From the NCBI RefSeq assembly GCF_036321535.1, contig NC_087436.1, positions 7,316,001 to 7,380,000 on the forward strand: a stretch of 64,000 nucleotides of DNA. Direction: 5' to 3'. Shown piece by piece: positions 25,091 through 38,464 of the stretch. The translations under genes and the position numbers were made by a program. Below the pieces are notes generated by a model. The model made no database searches. It was not told the DNA's origin and saw only the letters and a program-made list of their open reading frames with translations. This DNA is from Camelus dromedarius (taxonomy: Eukaryota). Numbering within the stretch: the stretch's first letter is position 1; each line of letters opens with the position of its first letter.

Positions 25091-26544
25091 GGATCTCTTA
25101 GGGTGTACGAACAAAGATTGTCTGTGGGGACACATGTTTAAGTAAAAATATATGTACTCTCCTCAGTCACTAAACATGATTGATTGAGATCATTTCTAAA
25201 CTCTGTTGCATAGACTTGTTGTCTTGAGTATTAAAAATATTAAATCTATTAACAGTCCTACTAAATCATTGAAGCCTCTAGAAACTCAGTGACTCAAAAT
25301 GGAATGCTCTTTTGCTCGGACATAATTGTGACCAATCCAAATAAAATAGAGACATTAAATTATAAAGTCAAGCTGGTTCTACAGAACATATTTGATAAAA
25401 ATCTAATCATAGGGGGCCCATTGCTTCATATCAAGAATGTATAGATTACGATAAAGTAACACCTCTCTCTCCTTTAAAAATAATTCTTGGGTTTGAATGG
25501 AAAGTACACTTTAACCTGGAGTCAAAACTTCCAGCTAAACCTCAGGCCAATTTCTAATTCTGGATTTGTTTAGCTAGGCACTAATTATCTCATTTATTTC
25601 TAAAAATGCACAAAAGCCACCTGGTACTTAAGATTGATTTATGTTATATGCTTTCATAAGATATTTTTTCTTGACTTCAGGTCAAAATAAAGAGATATGA
25701 GTATATTTTGTGAAACATGATATTCTGCCAAATTTTACACACAGTGTTGCCCATTACCATGCTTTATTTCCTCAGTAGCCATGACTCTTGAAGCTCCGAC
25801 GCACAACCCAAAGACCTGAACGTGTTGGGCCCACACAAACCAAGAGAATTTTATGATCCACAGTTTCCCCCCACACCGTGGAAGACAGGCACTGTTTCAG
25901 CCCACACGTCTCTCAGAGAAGAAACTTGAACAGGTTATTTTTATGAATTCAAATCATTATGAATATCACCTGATTCCCCTCTCTGCCCAACTCTTCCCTC
26001 TTCTATTACTATGACGACCCTAGTAACAAAAGGAGTAGGAGAGGGTTTTGACATTTGTTTTATTCAGGAGACTTGCTTATACCATTTAAGGCCCATGTTT
26101 TATAATCTCAATAAATAAGCTGTGAGACTTGATGGTATCCATAGGGTAGTTACCATAAATCCTGGAATTTAAGAGATTTTCATAATCCAGCTGTTGAAAA
26201 AGTATTCTCATGGTCCCATACATCCCTTATATGTATATGTGTATATATACATATATATATATATTTTCTTTTCCCCTCTCAGGGGCTGATAAACAAACTA
26301 ATGTAAAGAATAATAAACTTTGGAGACGGTAGTCTACCATGATTAGCTGGAAAGGAACAGAAAAGTAATTATTGATATACTGGGTTAATATGAAAGGAAA
26401 TATCGTCTTTAGGAGATAATGCCAGATTCTTGCTTTGGACACAGAAAAAGTTGGCTTTTTACTTCTTCATTGTAATTTGTTGGGATATAAGGTTTCCTTC
26501 ATATTTAATATTAAAGTTTCTGTATTGTTCATCTGTTCTCTCTT

Positions 26545-26712
26545 TTTTAAAAACATTTTTTTTCAAACGTGTTGCACTTGTTATTTATTTATTTATTTTA
26601 GGGGGGAGGTAATTAGGTTTACTTATTTATTTTTAGAGAAGGCACTGGGGGTTGAACCCAGGACCATGTGTGTGCTAAGCATGCACTCTTCCACTTGAGC
26701 TATACCCTCTCC
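26545..26712 (-). mobile_element. Camelid-type tRNA-derived SINE
   Basis: tRNA-like head. Degenerate TSD TGTTCATCTGTTCTCT (~26526) / TGCTCATCTGCTCTCT (~26716). Confidence 0.9.
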
Positions 26713-26734
26713 ACCTGCTCATCTGCTCTCTTTA

Positions 26735-27030
26735 GTGGTTTTGTGTCTTAGCAGTTGCTCAATAATGGTCACAGGTCTACAGTATGAAGCATTTATTTTC
26801 TATGCATTGAGATCAGACAAGGGTCAACCAGGTGACTCTTCTGGGTTTTGCTGGCATCTCTCACATACTCCAGAGCTGAGCTAGGCTGCCTTAGGGTGAC
26901 TGAGGCAACCGAGTTCCACAACACGATCTTCTCAGCCTAGCAGGCTGGACTGGGTGTGTTTTGTGGCCAAGGCACAAGTACAAGAGACGGGACAAGCTAT
27001 CCATCCAAGGACAGTCCAAGTGTCAGGCCC
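26735..27030 (-). mobile_element. Old MaLR LTR (MLT1H/I-like) fragment
   Basis: AAGCATTTATTTTCT...GCTGGCATCTCTCACAT...CCTAGCAGGCTGGACTGGG pattern. Confidence 0.5.
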
Positions 27031-30000
27031 ACATAATCAATGATTACTGATGGAGTGAAACATTACTGGACAGGCTATGAAACAATGGAAGGCTATGAAG
27101 TGTTCTCAGAAGATACATTATTCATGAGAAAGACTGGGGACCCTTGGAGAGGATTTTTTTTTTACATTTTATAAGGAATAAATTACATTAAATTGTTTTG
27201 AAAACATATGTATAACTTAGTAAATTTTATTATTCCCAATTTGCATTTAGGATATAAGTGATTTGTTAATTTGCCAAGTTTTATTTTTTTCTAATTACCT
27301 ATAAAATTCTTACTCTAATGACTTATAGGAGTTTTGAACATTATCTATTATGAAGTAGGAGAAACTACACAAAACTCTATGTACTAATAAAGTTCATATT
27401 TTTTGTTAAGCTTATTAGAACTCATGGAAATAACAAATTTGATATTAGTGCTTGTTTCAATCAACAAACTACACTCAATCTGCCTCAGACTGTTATAGCA
27501 TTTTTGTCATAAAATTGCTTGCTCACTTCTTCTCCCCAAAATCACTAATTCTGAGTAATAATATTCCTCACAAGTCTTTTGATTCTTCTTTCTTTATGTA
27601 AATAAGAGGTAGAGCATTTTACTTTAAATTACCTTGGACTTTGGTTTTCTTGTACACACTGCTACTTTATAAGGCTAACACGTTTCTTCATCAAAGTGCA
27701 GTCACCTGACAGCTCAAACGGACATTCTAATGATGTCACCCCCCTATGTAAATGAGTTTCAGCACTTGAGTGGGAGACAGGGGTCTGGATTATTTCCCAC
27801 CCAAAGTCTGATCCTCTTCAAAGATGGTGCCAGGAAAGCCAGTCACAACTGCTAAGCAAGGCATGGTACGTGCTCAATGTCTCCAGGACAGAATCACTCT
27901 GTCTCTCATTTGCTGTAATCTCAATTTTGCCATAATAATTGATATTGAATACCATAAAGGATTCTGGCAGGAGACAGAGATAACTTTAAACTGAACATCT
28001 GGTACATGTAGATAATGTTTGTTAATAGAGATTTGATTATTAACACATCAAATGTTAACTGAGGTATTACTTATGCCAATATCAGAGCATTAATATAAGA
28101 CCTGTTTTATTAACATGATACGTAGTCTCTTTCGGTTTAAATGTGAATTGAATTTACATAAAGTGGCTTTATGCTAGTTAATCTAAATATAAGGATAAGG
28201 TTTCCAGAGACTAAGAGGAAATTGCTAAACATATGAAGCATTCTGTGGGGTTCAGGATTACATACTACATTAAAGAATGTGCTATAAAGCAGACAGGATA
28301 AATCTAAGTGATAAAGGGTAAGTTTAAATTCAGATTTATTAATGTATCTTTCTTTAGTTGGAATATGAAAATGAAACAGTGTGAGGACATTTTTTTTTTT
28401 CCTGGTTGAGGGAAATCTAAGGGAAGTGGGATTTTTGTGTTCCGAAGTCCAATGAAGCCAATGAGAAGGCTGTTAAGGCAAATTTGCTTAGTAAATGAGA
28501 TTAGAAGACCAAATTATTAATTTGCTTTTAAATTGAAAGATGGGCAAAGGGAACATTCTTGACTGTGTCCTAAGACTTGTGAGAAAGGCACAGGGGTGAG
28601 ATTAGAGCTATGGGAAACTGTTCGAAGACAGTTGGATTCCTCTTGTTAATACTGTTACCATTTGAAAGATGACACCACCCAGTTAATTTGCTTTTTAAAA
28701 AAATTATAATGCACTTCACTTTTATTTCCTAGCCAATTAAAAAGGATAGTCATGCCCTTATCAGCTTTATTTTTTTTTACCAATTTATAATTGTTTATTT
28801 ATTTTTTGAATAAAGTTAAATTACCCACTTTCCCTCCCAATTACCAAAATAATATCCTTAAGATAGACCATCAAGAGGAAAAAAAGGAAAATAATGTTGA
28901 CCCCTGAATACTTCTAACTCTGAAGATTATTGCTGGCTATTCAGAAGCTGGTATATTTCATGCCATTTTGTTTACCACGATTGAAACTGTTTTATAAATA
29001 GTTATTTTTAGCATGCTTTTTCTGCATAATATTGTATCAAAAATCTTCTCATGGTATTTTCAACATACCAGACATCATATATCTATCTATGTATGTCTAT
29101 ATAATATTCTAAGTATGGATGTGCCTTTACTTTATATTGGGCCAGTTGTGTTTGATTTAAAATTTTGGGATTTGGTCATTGTTCTATTTTATTAAGTATC
29201 TAATTGGATATTCTTACTTGATGCAGATTTAAATTATTTAAAATTTATTAAAGCAAAATGTAAGTTACCTATGCATTCCTTCCTGAAAAGTCCCACTTAT
29301 GAACTTTCATTTTAGCCAAGCATATACTGCGCACTTGGCTTTTCTCTAAGTATATTTATCCCATAGTCTCAATGAGATTCCCCTTTAAAACTTCTCTGTA
29401 TATGAAGGTAGACTTTTGGTTATTTTATGCCAACACCTTTTTCTTCTCCTTTAAAAATAGCCAGCTTGTAGACTGTACCATTGAAGCAAATGATTGGCTA
29501 CAGTATATCTTATTCCATCATTGAGGAAAGATTTGGAATTATAACTGGTCGCTCAAAAAATATTTGAGGGTCAAAACTGATCCTTATGAAATACACTGGC
29601 CTGGGTATTGACCAGCAAAACTGACAAACTGTGAAAGAGCTCTCTGTTGACTTTAAGCAAATGCACTAAAATTCTTTTCTTTCTTTAATTAAAAAAATGA
29701 TCCCTTTGGCAAAAACTCTTCACTAATTCATGTGATGTGATATGAAGCATTGTGAAATCTCAGTTGGGTGTCTAAACCTGTGCGTTGCACAGACCAAATG
29801 CAGGGTCCTGCCTGCAGGTTGAAGCTGATGATTGACGGCTTCCCGCTGAACGGCAGCGGTTAAGCCTGGCTCACAGCCCGTGAGAACTGAGTTTTTCCAG
29901 TTCAGCAACTGATTACTAACTGATTGGTAGTGTCGCTATTGGAAGGGTCCTCACAGACCCACTAAGGGCGATGTGACTTTTCTTCTAGCGACTGAGATCT

Positions 30001-31911
30001 CTCATTTGCCATGAACAGCAGGTTAAGCCAGCCCAATGTCAAGTGCAGAACCTAGGACGTGCCCTGTGCCTTAGGTAGGTACTTCCTGAACTAACACTGA
30101 TCCATCAACGATTCTTTCAGAATTTAAAAAAGAGATGGCTTTTAGAAAATGGATTTCTTTATTGTTAAAGATTTAAATCCACTTCAGATAAATTATTAAA
30201 AAAATGAGAGATAGAGGCGGATTGCCATGTTAATTTTTGTTAATGTCAGGGAGATGGCTTTTAAGCATTTAAGCCCATGTGAAATAATTTGCTTTCATCG
30301 ATTTCCATTTGGTTCTCAGTGAAACAGAGGCGGGATGCAGTGGGGTTCACACCTTCTTTCCAATGGCTCACAGATTACACAGAGCTGTGTTACCTAGAGT
30401 GACATCGTGGACCCGGGCTAGTCCACAGTAAGATAAGTTACCGGTCTGCAGGAAGGTAAGTGGGGAGATTCAGAGCCAGGGAATACAAATGTCTTATTAG
30501 CAATTTGACATTTTCAACACACCCTAGCATCTGAGTGGACTCATTGCCTTGAAAACGATATAGACCAAAACTTTGTTCACCAATGTAAAAAGTGAAGTGT
30601 AGATTAAAGCAAACAAAACTGGTCTCCTACCACAGATGCTTCGAGAAGCACTGATGTAGTGTATTTAGACAGGTGACATCAATATGAGAGTCTACTGCAT
30701 TCTGTATATTCTCTGTGCCTGATAGTTAAGGTGATTATTTCTGGAGATCTGAGTGGCGGTCTTGTTAATGACAAGGTTTGCCTAATGTATTGCAGGTCCT
30801 TGAAGGCTTTTCTTCCTCCTCTATGAGTCCGTTGTCTAATAATGGCTATGTGACTTCAAGAAGAAGGCAACTGGCCAAATTTATTAAAATACCAATTTCC
30901 TACCAAGCAGCTGAAGAATCTTATCGCTGGTTCACTGGGAAGAAGTTTGTACGGGGCCATTTGATCCTTTCCCACCGCTAGGCTGTGTGCCTTTGTTTGC
31001 TAACACATTCGTGGGAGAGCGTGTATATCGCGAGTGTTTGAGTGTGTTTTTGGTGGTGGTGGGCACAGAGGGACCAGGGAACACCGTGGCAGAAGCCATC
31101 TGATTATATCATTTTCTTTAAGGTGATATGGGAAGTCAGACTACAATTTGGAGTAATTCCCAAAAACAAAAGCCATGGAGGCAAAATAACATATTATGGT
31201 ATATACAGAGATACGGTAGATGCTCATGATCCGAGGGGTGGGATGGGAGGGGGGCTGTTCGCTTAGAGGCTCAGCTTTGTTCTAGAGGGGAGGCGTTTCT
31301 GCTGAGCCATCTGCCTTGGGAGTAGACTACTGGTCAGTTCTCTAAAATTATATGCCTGGAAGTGCTGGATCTTCATTTGGATCCAGAGAGAAAACGTTTG
31401 TCCTGAGCTCTTTGGAAGTTCAGTCGCAGTGAGGGTGCATGGACGAGGACAAGTCTTAATCTTCCTCACATCCCAGTCATCTCCCAGAGACCACACCCGC
31501 TCCTCTGCATAAGCAGATGAAGCTGAGCAGAGTAGAATTTTTGCATCCCTGAGCAGTTTCCTTGTCTAATTCATATTCTATCAAGCACCATATGCTCCTC
31601 TTAAGTAAGAGGAGGAAAATATACTCGGGGGAAAATTTATCAAAAGCTAAAATTTCTGTACTTCGGTGATCACCTAAGTAGACATCATCTCTTAAAAACA
31701 TCTACATGTAATAACTTTATGCAAACAGTCCATAAGGGACCCAAATTTCTGACTTATGATAAACAATTTTTATGAAAGTACTATTACTTAAAGGAAATTC
31801 AAACACCCCATCCCGTTTCCATAACCCTGTGTGGAATATCATTTTCGGTGAACTCTAAATAATTTGTCTGTACGAAAAATTTCCAATGTAATCAGAATTC
31901 TGTTTCAGAAA

Positions 31912-32305
31912 TGTCAGAGGCTGGGTCTTCCAGGAAACAGAGTTGGAGACAGAGATTAACGAGTTGCAAAAGCACTGGGAAGTACTCTTGGAATCAAATC
32001 TGGGGGAGGGAAGGAGACAGGACTGGGTGGAGGGAGAGTCCTATATGTGATGCCACTTAGGCTGCTTTGAAGCTAAGATGAACCTTCAGAGAGAGTCACG
32101 CCAGTTTGAAGCTAGGGGCTGGCTCTTTATAGTGCCCTGTTGCTCGTTTCTTGGGATATGAACTACTCTGAGGATCTTGGGGAAGGAGATTTTTCAGGCA
32201 AAGTAATTCCCATCAAGGGCTGATAAGCTGAAGGCTGTGTTCTGGCAGCAATTCCAGCATCTGGGGGGAGTAATTCCTTTTAGTATTACTGGGGGATCTA
32301 TGTAT
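31912..32305 (-). mobile_element. ERV-L solo LTR (LTR16-like)
   Basis: TGTCAGAGGCTGGGTCTTCCAGGAAACAGAGTTGGAGACAGAGATT...CCAGCATCTGGGGGAG resembles the reverse complement of the LTR16 family. Confidence 0.7.
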
Positions 32306-32310
32306 CTCCA

Positions 32311-32716
32311 TGTTATGGCCTGAATTGTGTACCCCTCAAATGCATATGTTGAAGTTCCAACACTCCATACTTCAGAATATATCTGTACCTGGAGATAAGG
32401 TCCTTAAAGAGATGATTAAGCTAAAATGAGGTCTTTAGAGTGGATCCTGATCCCATCTGACTGGTGGTCTTATAAGAAGAGGAAATTTGGACACGTGGGG
32501 AGACACCAGACACGTGCACCCACAGAGAGATGACCATGTGAGGACACAGCAAGAAGGCATCTAAATACAAATCCAGGAAGGACCTCAGAAAGAATCAAAC
32601 CTGTCCACACCTGGTCTTGGACTTCCAGCCTCCAGAACTGTGAGAAAACAGAGTTCCGCTAGAAAAGTCACTCAGCCTGTGATATTTTGCTAAGGTGGTC
32701 CCAGAAAACTAATACG
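32311..32716 (+). mobile_element. MaLR solo LTR (MLT1B-like)
   Basis: TGTTATGG start, GGACTTCCAGCCTCCAGAACTGTGAGAAAA, AACTAATAC end. 5-bp TSD CTCCA at 32306-32310 and 32717-32721. Confidence 0.92.
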
Positions 32717-32939
32717 CTCCATACACACTAGACACAGCCATTATAGGAAGACTTTCATGATGAGCTTGGCTTTTGCCATCAGGCATTCTAAGATTAATTC
32801 AAGCTCTCTTTTTGTGTTTGTTATAAGCATTGGGACAGACTAACTAAGAGCACCCTCTCTTATCTTCATCGTAGCTTTATTGACCCTATGTTGGTTTCAC
32901 ATCACTAATTACCCACATGTGTCAGCTTTACTCCTGAAG

Positions 32940-33350
32940 TGTGAGCTGAGCATTCAACTCTAAATCAAAAAAGCGAATGTATTACTTATTTAAGAAAGGG
33001 AGAACTCAATTTGCTAGGCACGGTCCCTCCAAACAAAGAAGACTGCTGATCTGATACAGAATTATTGAGGAGCATGGAGGTTAAGTATTGATGAACGTTT
33101 AGTGGCAAGAACGAGGTAACTCAGAGAAGCGTGGTTACTGGGGTGGGGATGTTGGTAGGCTGAGTTTCAGAAATGTGTTCATGGATGTGAGGCTTCTGTT
33201 GATTGGCGGTAAAAGGTAGGAGGATGGCTCTGATTGGCTAGCTTTCAGAAGCATGTTTGCCAAGGTATAACTGATTGAGCAAAGAAATTTAATCCAGTTC
33301 CAGCTGTTACTTTTTACATGACTGTAAAGCAGTTAATCTCTTCCTATGAG
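32940..33350. mobile_element. Possible ancient LTR, unclassified
   Basis: Internal ~80-bp repeat (GGCT..TTTCAGAA..TGTT) with repeated GATTGG (CCAAT) motifs, as in an LTR U3. Family not recognised. Confidence 0.3.
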
Positions 33351-36300
33351 TGGGGAAACTGACTTGCAAATGGGACGTATCGATGAGTATTTGCTGAGCT
33401 AACTGGCAAATGAAAGGTACCAAATAGGCCTTCAGACACACAAGCCTGGATTTCAGGGGAGAGCCTGGGCTCCCAGGAGTCACCATTATACAGCTGGGGT
33501 TTCAAATCTGATGCTGGATGAACTCACCTTGGGAATCCGTGTAGAGAAATAAGGGGAGTCTGAGTAAAGCTCCCTGGGGCATTCAGGGTTTTGCAAAGTT
33601 TTCTTCTCTTTAAGGTTGTAGTTACAACCCCAGTAGCCTGTAAAGTGAAAAGGAATATTAACAAAGGTATCAAATAGTTTGGCATATGGCTTATTTACTT
33701 AGGCAATTCATGTGTTCGGGCTGAGTTCCTTGTGACCCTCCTGCCCTCAGGTTATTGAGCACAGAGGAAGGAGAGGAGTCATTGGAGGGTTCAGTGACCC
33801 CTTTTGAGCTAGGAGAGACAACTAAGTAAGTAAAATCAAAGTTTGTTCTCGCCTTTCTCTCCCTAAGTTGGAGCAAATATATAAAATTCTTTGGAAGAAA
33901 ATGTTCTTTCCAGAAAGCAGGGCTACATTAGTACATAACCCCTCCTTCCCACTGGCAGCTCTCAACTCTTCTTGCTCCAAAGAAGTGCTGCAAGTATCTT
34001 TGAGGAAAATCAGGGGCAATTTGAGCCCAAGGGACTGGTGCCCATTTCTTGGTCCAGGGGTGTCTCAAAGGCACGTCCTCACTGGGCGGACTCTCCACGC
34101 TGGTCTTTGGGGAGCGGTGGATTGGCGCAGCTAGGAAAGCATGCCTAGGAGTAGCCTGAGTTTACACCAGTGGGTGGATGAGGATAGATGGGGTTCCCTG
34201 GGAGTCCAGAGTGAGCCTTGGAACTGGAGTTGGCAGGGCGTGCTGTCTCCGCAGCAGACTGACAAAATGAAAGAAAAAATCAGCCTCGGTGAGATACTCA
34301 GAGACCCGATGACTAGACTGAAGGGAAGGCAGTGTCACTTCTCCATGGCATTACCCACCCCAGGATGCCGTGCAATTAAATGTCACTTTGGAGAGTGAGC
34401 TACAGGATGCTAGGACCAGCGGTCAGATGGGATGAGTAGACTCGTGGCCACAGGCAGCCAGGGAGTGCCCACAAAGCAGACACATAGCATCCTTGCCCCA
34501 TCATCTTGTGCAGGGGGCCTCGGGGAAGACCCTTTAACTCCCACGCTGGTACAGTGATGAAATGCATGAAGTTCGGTGCTCCCTAAGAGTTTAGAGCTGG
34601 ATGGAAGATGGAGAGTTTTGACTTAATCATTTCTCAATTTTTCGGTACTTGATTTGGATTTAAAATGTATTCCTAAACTGAATGTACTCCAATGGGATGG
34701 TCTAAGTTACTAGGCTTTGGGATTTAGAGCCAATAAAAGAGGAAATAATATTAATGGAGATGTGAAAGCGACTGGGGTAAAGGATGCTGTGGAACAGGGT
34801 TAGGTTTATTCTTTCTCTTTGACGTTAGAATGTGAAGTTCAATAGATTTTTGCCCCTCTTTGTAAATAACCATTCAAGCCATCCAGAGGCATCATAATTG
34901 ATCTGAGAATTAGAAACAATGTTCAGTTTTTTTAAAAAAAATTTATAGAATGCTTTCTTTTTGAGGCATTAAAAAGCCTTACTTTTATTAAATGTTGATC
35001 CCTGAATGTGCATCTTTTTAATACTTAGCGTGACAAAATGGGATGCGAGTAAAACATAATGTAGGTTTTTGAAACTCCTTCCAGATACAATTGATTTGAA
35101 ACAGCAAACTTTGATTTGCAAGATATGAATTCTGTTAGGAGAAGAAAGACTCTGAAGAAACGTTGAGAGGCTGGGAAGGAAGCAGGGTGCTGACTTCATG
35201 CCATTGCATTAAATACTGCAGAAACCATGGGCAGAGGAAGATCCTGGTCCTGGGAGCAGGATAAAGGGTCATGGACATGACGCTGGAGGAGCTCGATGGT
35301 GTCTTGTGTAAGATGCTTGATTTTAGGGCAGTGGAGCCGCTTGGAGAAACTGCTGAATCCTGACCAGCACCAGGGAGGCAAGCAGACGTGTCCTTTCCTT
35401 CTGATGAGCGCTGTGTGCAGCTGCCGGTGAGAGGTCCTTCCAGCTCATCTGCTCCTTGCTGCCCATTGTCTTGTGTCTCCGGGGAAGCTTGAATGCTGTC
35501 CACAGATGCTCCAGCAGAGGTGATGCATCCCATGCCCACAGATTTTGATGAGTTCCATCCAAACTCCTGATGTCAAAGTCCCCTTTCCCAATGCCCAGGC
35601 TACACTGCAAAATAGCAAATAGAGACCATGCCATCCAGGTGGGTGGTGGTCTTGTGGAAGGAAGTGTCTCAGCATGAGTGGTCTGGTGGGGCTAGAGTGG
35701 GGAAATCCATGTCTATTACATGTTAAGTTCACCGGCATTCTATCTCCCCATGCTGGTCCTTATCTGCCATCGCATCTCATCCCCACTGTCAAAATCTTAC
35801 TGATCTTTCAAATGATCATGAAATCACCTCTTCTGCATAAACCCATTCTTTGTTTCTCTTCCACCCCTTGCTTTCTTGACTTTTGTACTAGCTGAGGCAA
35901 AGGAGGGAGTTTGTTGGCTCCGCTATCCAAGGTAGACAACACCCAAGGTTGGGGGTGGACCTTTGGAGTGGCCGCAACCCAGGTTCAGATATGCCACAGC
36001 CTTCACTCTGCCTTTTTTTTATTAAAACTTCATTTTGAACATAATGTTAATTTGTCCAAGCTTGTTCTGCTCCTAAGGAAGTAATCCCGGATATCAGAAG
36101 AAAGCATGGCTTGTATTTTTCCAGATTCACGGCCAGAGAAAAATGGAATCTGTCTCCTCGATTCCAGTTTAGTATAATGCGATGCTAACAGCCACGTGGT
36201 GACGGAGTTGGGGGTGACTGGTGGTCCCATTCCCTAGGGGAGAAGTACCCAAACGATCATGGTGTTTTTCCTGAAAAAGATAAGCTTACGATGTAAATCA

Positions 36301-37807
36301 AGCTGAGATAAACTAACTACAGGGAGAAAAGGGAATAACGCTGCAGTGACTAGAAAATTATATCCCATTTCACATAACCTTGTTATAGCACATCTATTTC
36401 TGACTCTTTGCGTTGCTGTGTTACAAACATGAGGAGAGTATATGACATTAGGAATTGAATGAGGTAATAGAATTGTGATGTAGCGGTTGAACATTATTAT
36501 CTCAAGACTCAGACTGAAATGATAAGATATACTATCTATTTTATAAGTTAATATAGGTATCACATATCCAAATATTCAAATTATTTATGCATTGCAGAAT
36601 GAATGAATAAAAAAGCCAATTTGGTTTCATCAGAAATTAACTGCTTAATGTGTCCGTAATGAAATCAACATAGTCAGTGCCTTTTACTGATACTGTTTCT
36701 TCAAAAGTTCAAATTTGAAACTTCCCTTGACACACAGCACAATTTTAGGTGAACTTCGTTTGTCATCATTAGTTCAGACACACAGAATTCAACTACTTGA
36801 AGTGAACCTACAAAAGCTATCCTGTACTTGTGCAAACAACAATAAAATCGGTTTAGAATAAATTCTAGAGTGGCTCTTTTTCATCGTCTTTCAGATTACG
36901 CCAAAAGTTTCTGTAAAACAAAAAGGCAGACGTTTGAGTGACCTAGAAAGCCAGTCTGTTGACTTTGCATTCACTCTTCACAATTTTCAATTAAATGTCT
37001 CACCATCACGTCCGTGAGGAGGGACCAACACTGAGAGCTGTGGTGGATTTATGCTGTATTATAAATTCAGAGCTGAAGCCCACGCTCATCATCATGATGA
37101 AAATTGTTGTAATTTTAGTCAAATGCTTTACTTGTTAAAGATGGTTATACTGGTGTTAACTCTTACAGTTAGATTTAATTTTACAGTGCCCATTAAGCGA
37201 CCAAATGACTCATTTGCAAAGGGCCAATTTGTAATGTGATTAAGGGAAAAATAAGATCCTAGAATTTAAAAAATTTGTATCTCAGAGCCAAAGACAGAAA
37301 AGTAGTTGTGTGTGTGTGTGCACGTGATAAAAAATAGCCATTCCAGGGGGGTTTGAGAGAATTTCCTTTGTGATTTAGAGAAATGATGCTGAATCCGTAT
37401 CTGTTTGTTTTCATTATCTAGACAATAGTCTATGGTACCTCATCCTTATATAAGATGTGGTTAAAAAAAAAGTCGCATCATAAATATAAAAAACATATCA
37501 GGCAGTCTACTCACAAGTGTTTTTTTTGTTTTTTTTTTCTCTCACCTCCTCTATCTCATGCATGTCATTCTCGTGACAGCTGTGGCTGCAGAAATGAGAA
37601 AACAATAACAAAGCTTAATGAGATTTGTAAATTATTATAATAAAACACTCTTCAAGCAGCCAAACTCATTTTTGCAGGCATGTAAAACTCTATTGCAGAA
37701 AGGACTTGCTGTCGAATAAATAACATTTTTCTCTCCCACAAAGAGACAGACAATGTAACGGATTTTTCTGTATATGAATTGTTTTAAAAAAAGCTCACAT
37801 AGTTGAG

Positions 37808-38308
37808 TGCAGAAAGGCTGAAGAATGCCCCCTTAAAGATTTTCCACATCCTAATGCCTGGAATCTGTGAGTGAATTACTTCACATGGTAAGAAGGGCTT
37901 TGCAGCTATGGTTAAGTTAAGGAGCTGTGATTACGTCAAGGATCCGGAGCTGGGAATTAGCCTCAATTATCTGGGTAGATCAGATGTACCTACTCACAAA
38001 AGTCCTTTTGTAAGAGAGAGGCAGGTCAGAGCCACTAGTAGACGGACAAAGGAAGCAGGAGGTTGGAATAATGCTAGGAAGGGGCCACAAGCCAAGAACA
38101 CAGCTGGTTTCTAGAAGCTGGAAAAGACAAGGAAATGGATTCTCCCCTGGAGGCGTCTGAAGGAACCAGTCCTGTTCACACCTTGATTTTAGTCCCATGA
38201 TCCTCATTTTGGACTTCAGACCTCCAGAAGCATAAGAAAATACATTTTGTTATTTGAAGTCACTGAGTTTGTGGTCATTTGCTGCAGTAGTGATCGGAAA
38301 CTTGCACA
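37808..38308 (+). mobile_element. MaLR solo LTR (MLT1D-like)
   Basis: CCACATCCTAATGCCTGGAATCTGTGA...CTAGAAGCTGGAAAAGACAAGGAAATGGATTCTCCCCTGGAG; TG...CA ends; TSD TTGAG/TTGAA. Confidence 0.9.
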
Positions 38309-38464
38309 TTGAATTAATGCTGGGCATTTACGTAAGAACTTTCTGCATCACTAGTGTGCAAGAGTCAACAACTGAGGGGTCTCACCAATTAATTCTGTCT
38401 TAACTGCTTGTGTTGTCAATCACCTGAGGACTGAATTGATGCGAAGTTGATTGCTTAGTTAATT

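Noticed and set aside
35323..35634. ZSCAN4/SCAN-domain pseudogene (MAWSLFAILQC, SKEQM, QQFL resemblance)
   Set aside because: The similarity is scattered and not collinear, and I see no nucleotide-level match to remembered SCAN sequences.
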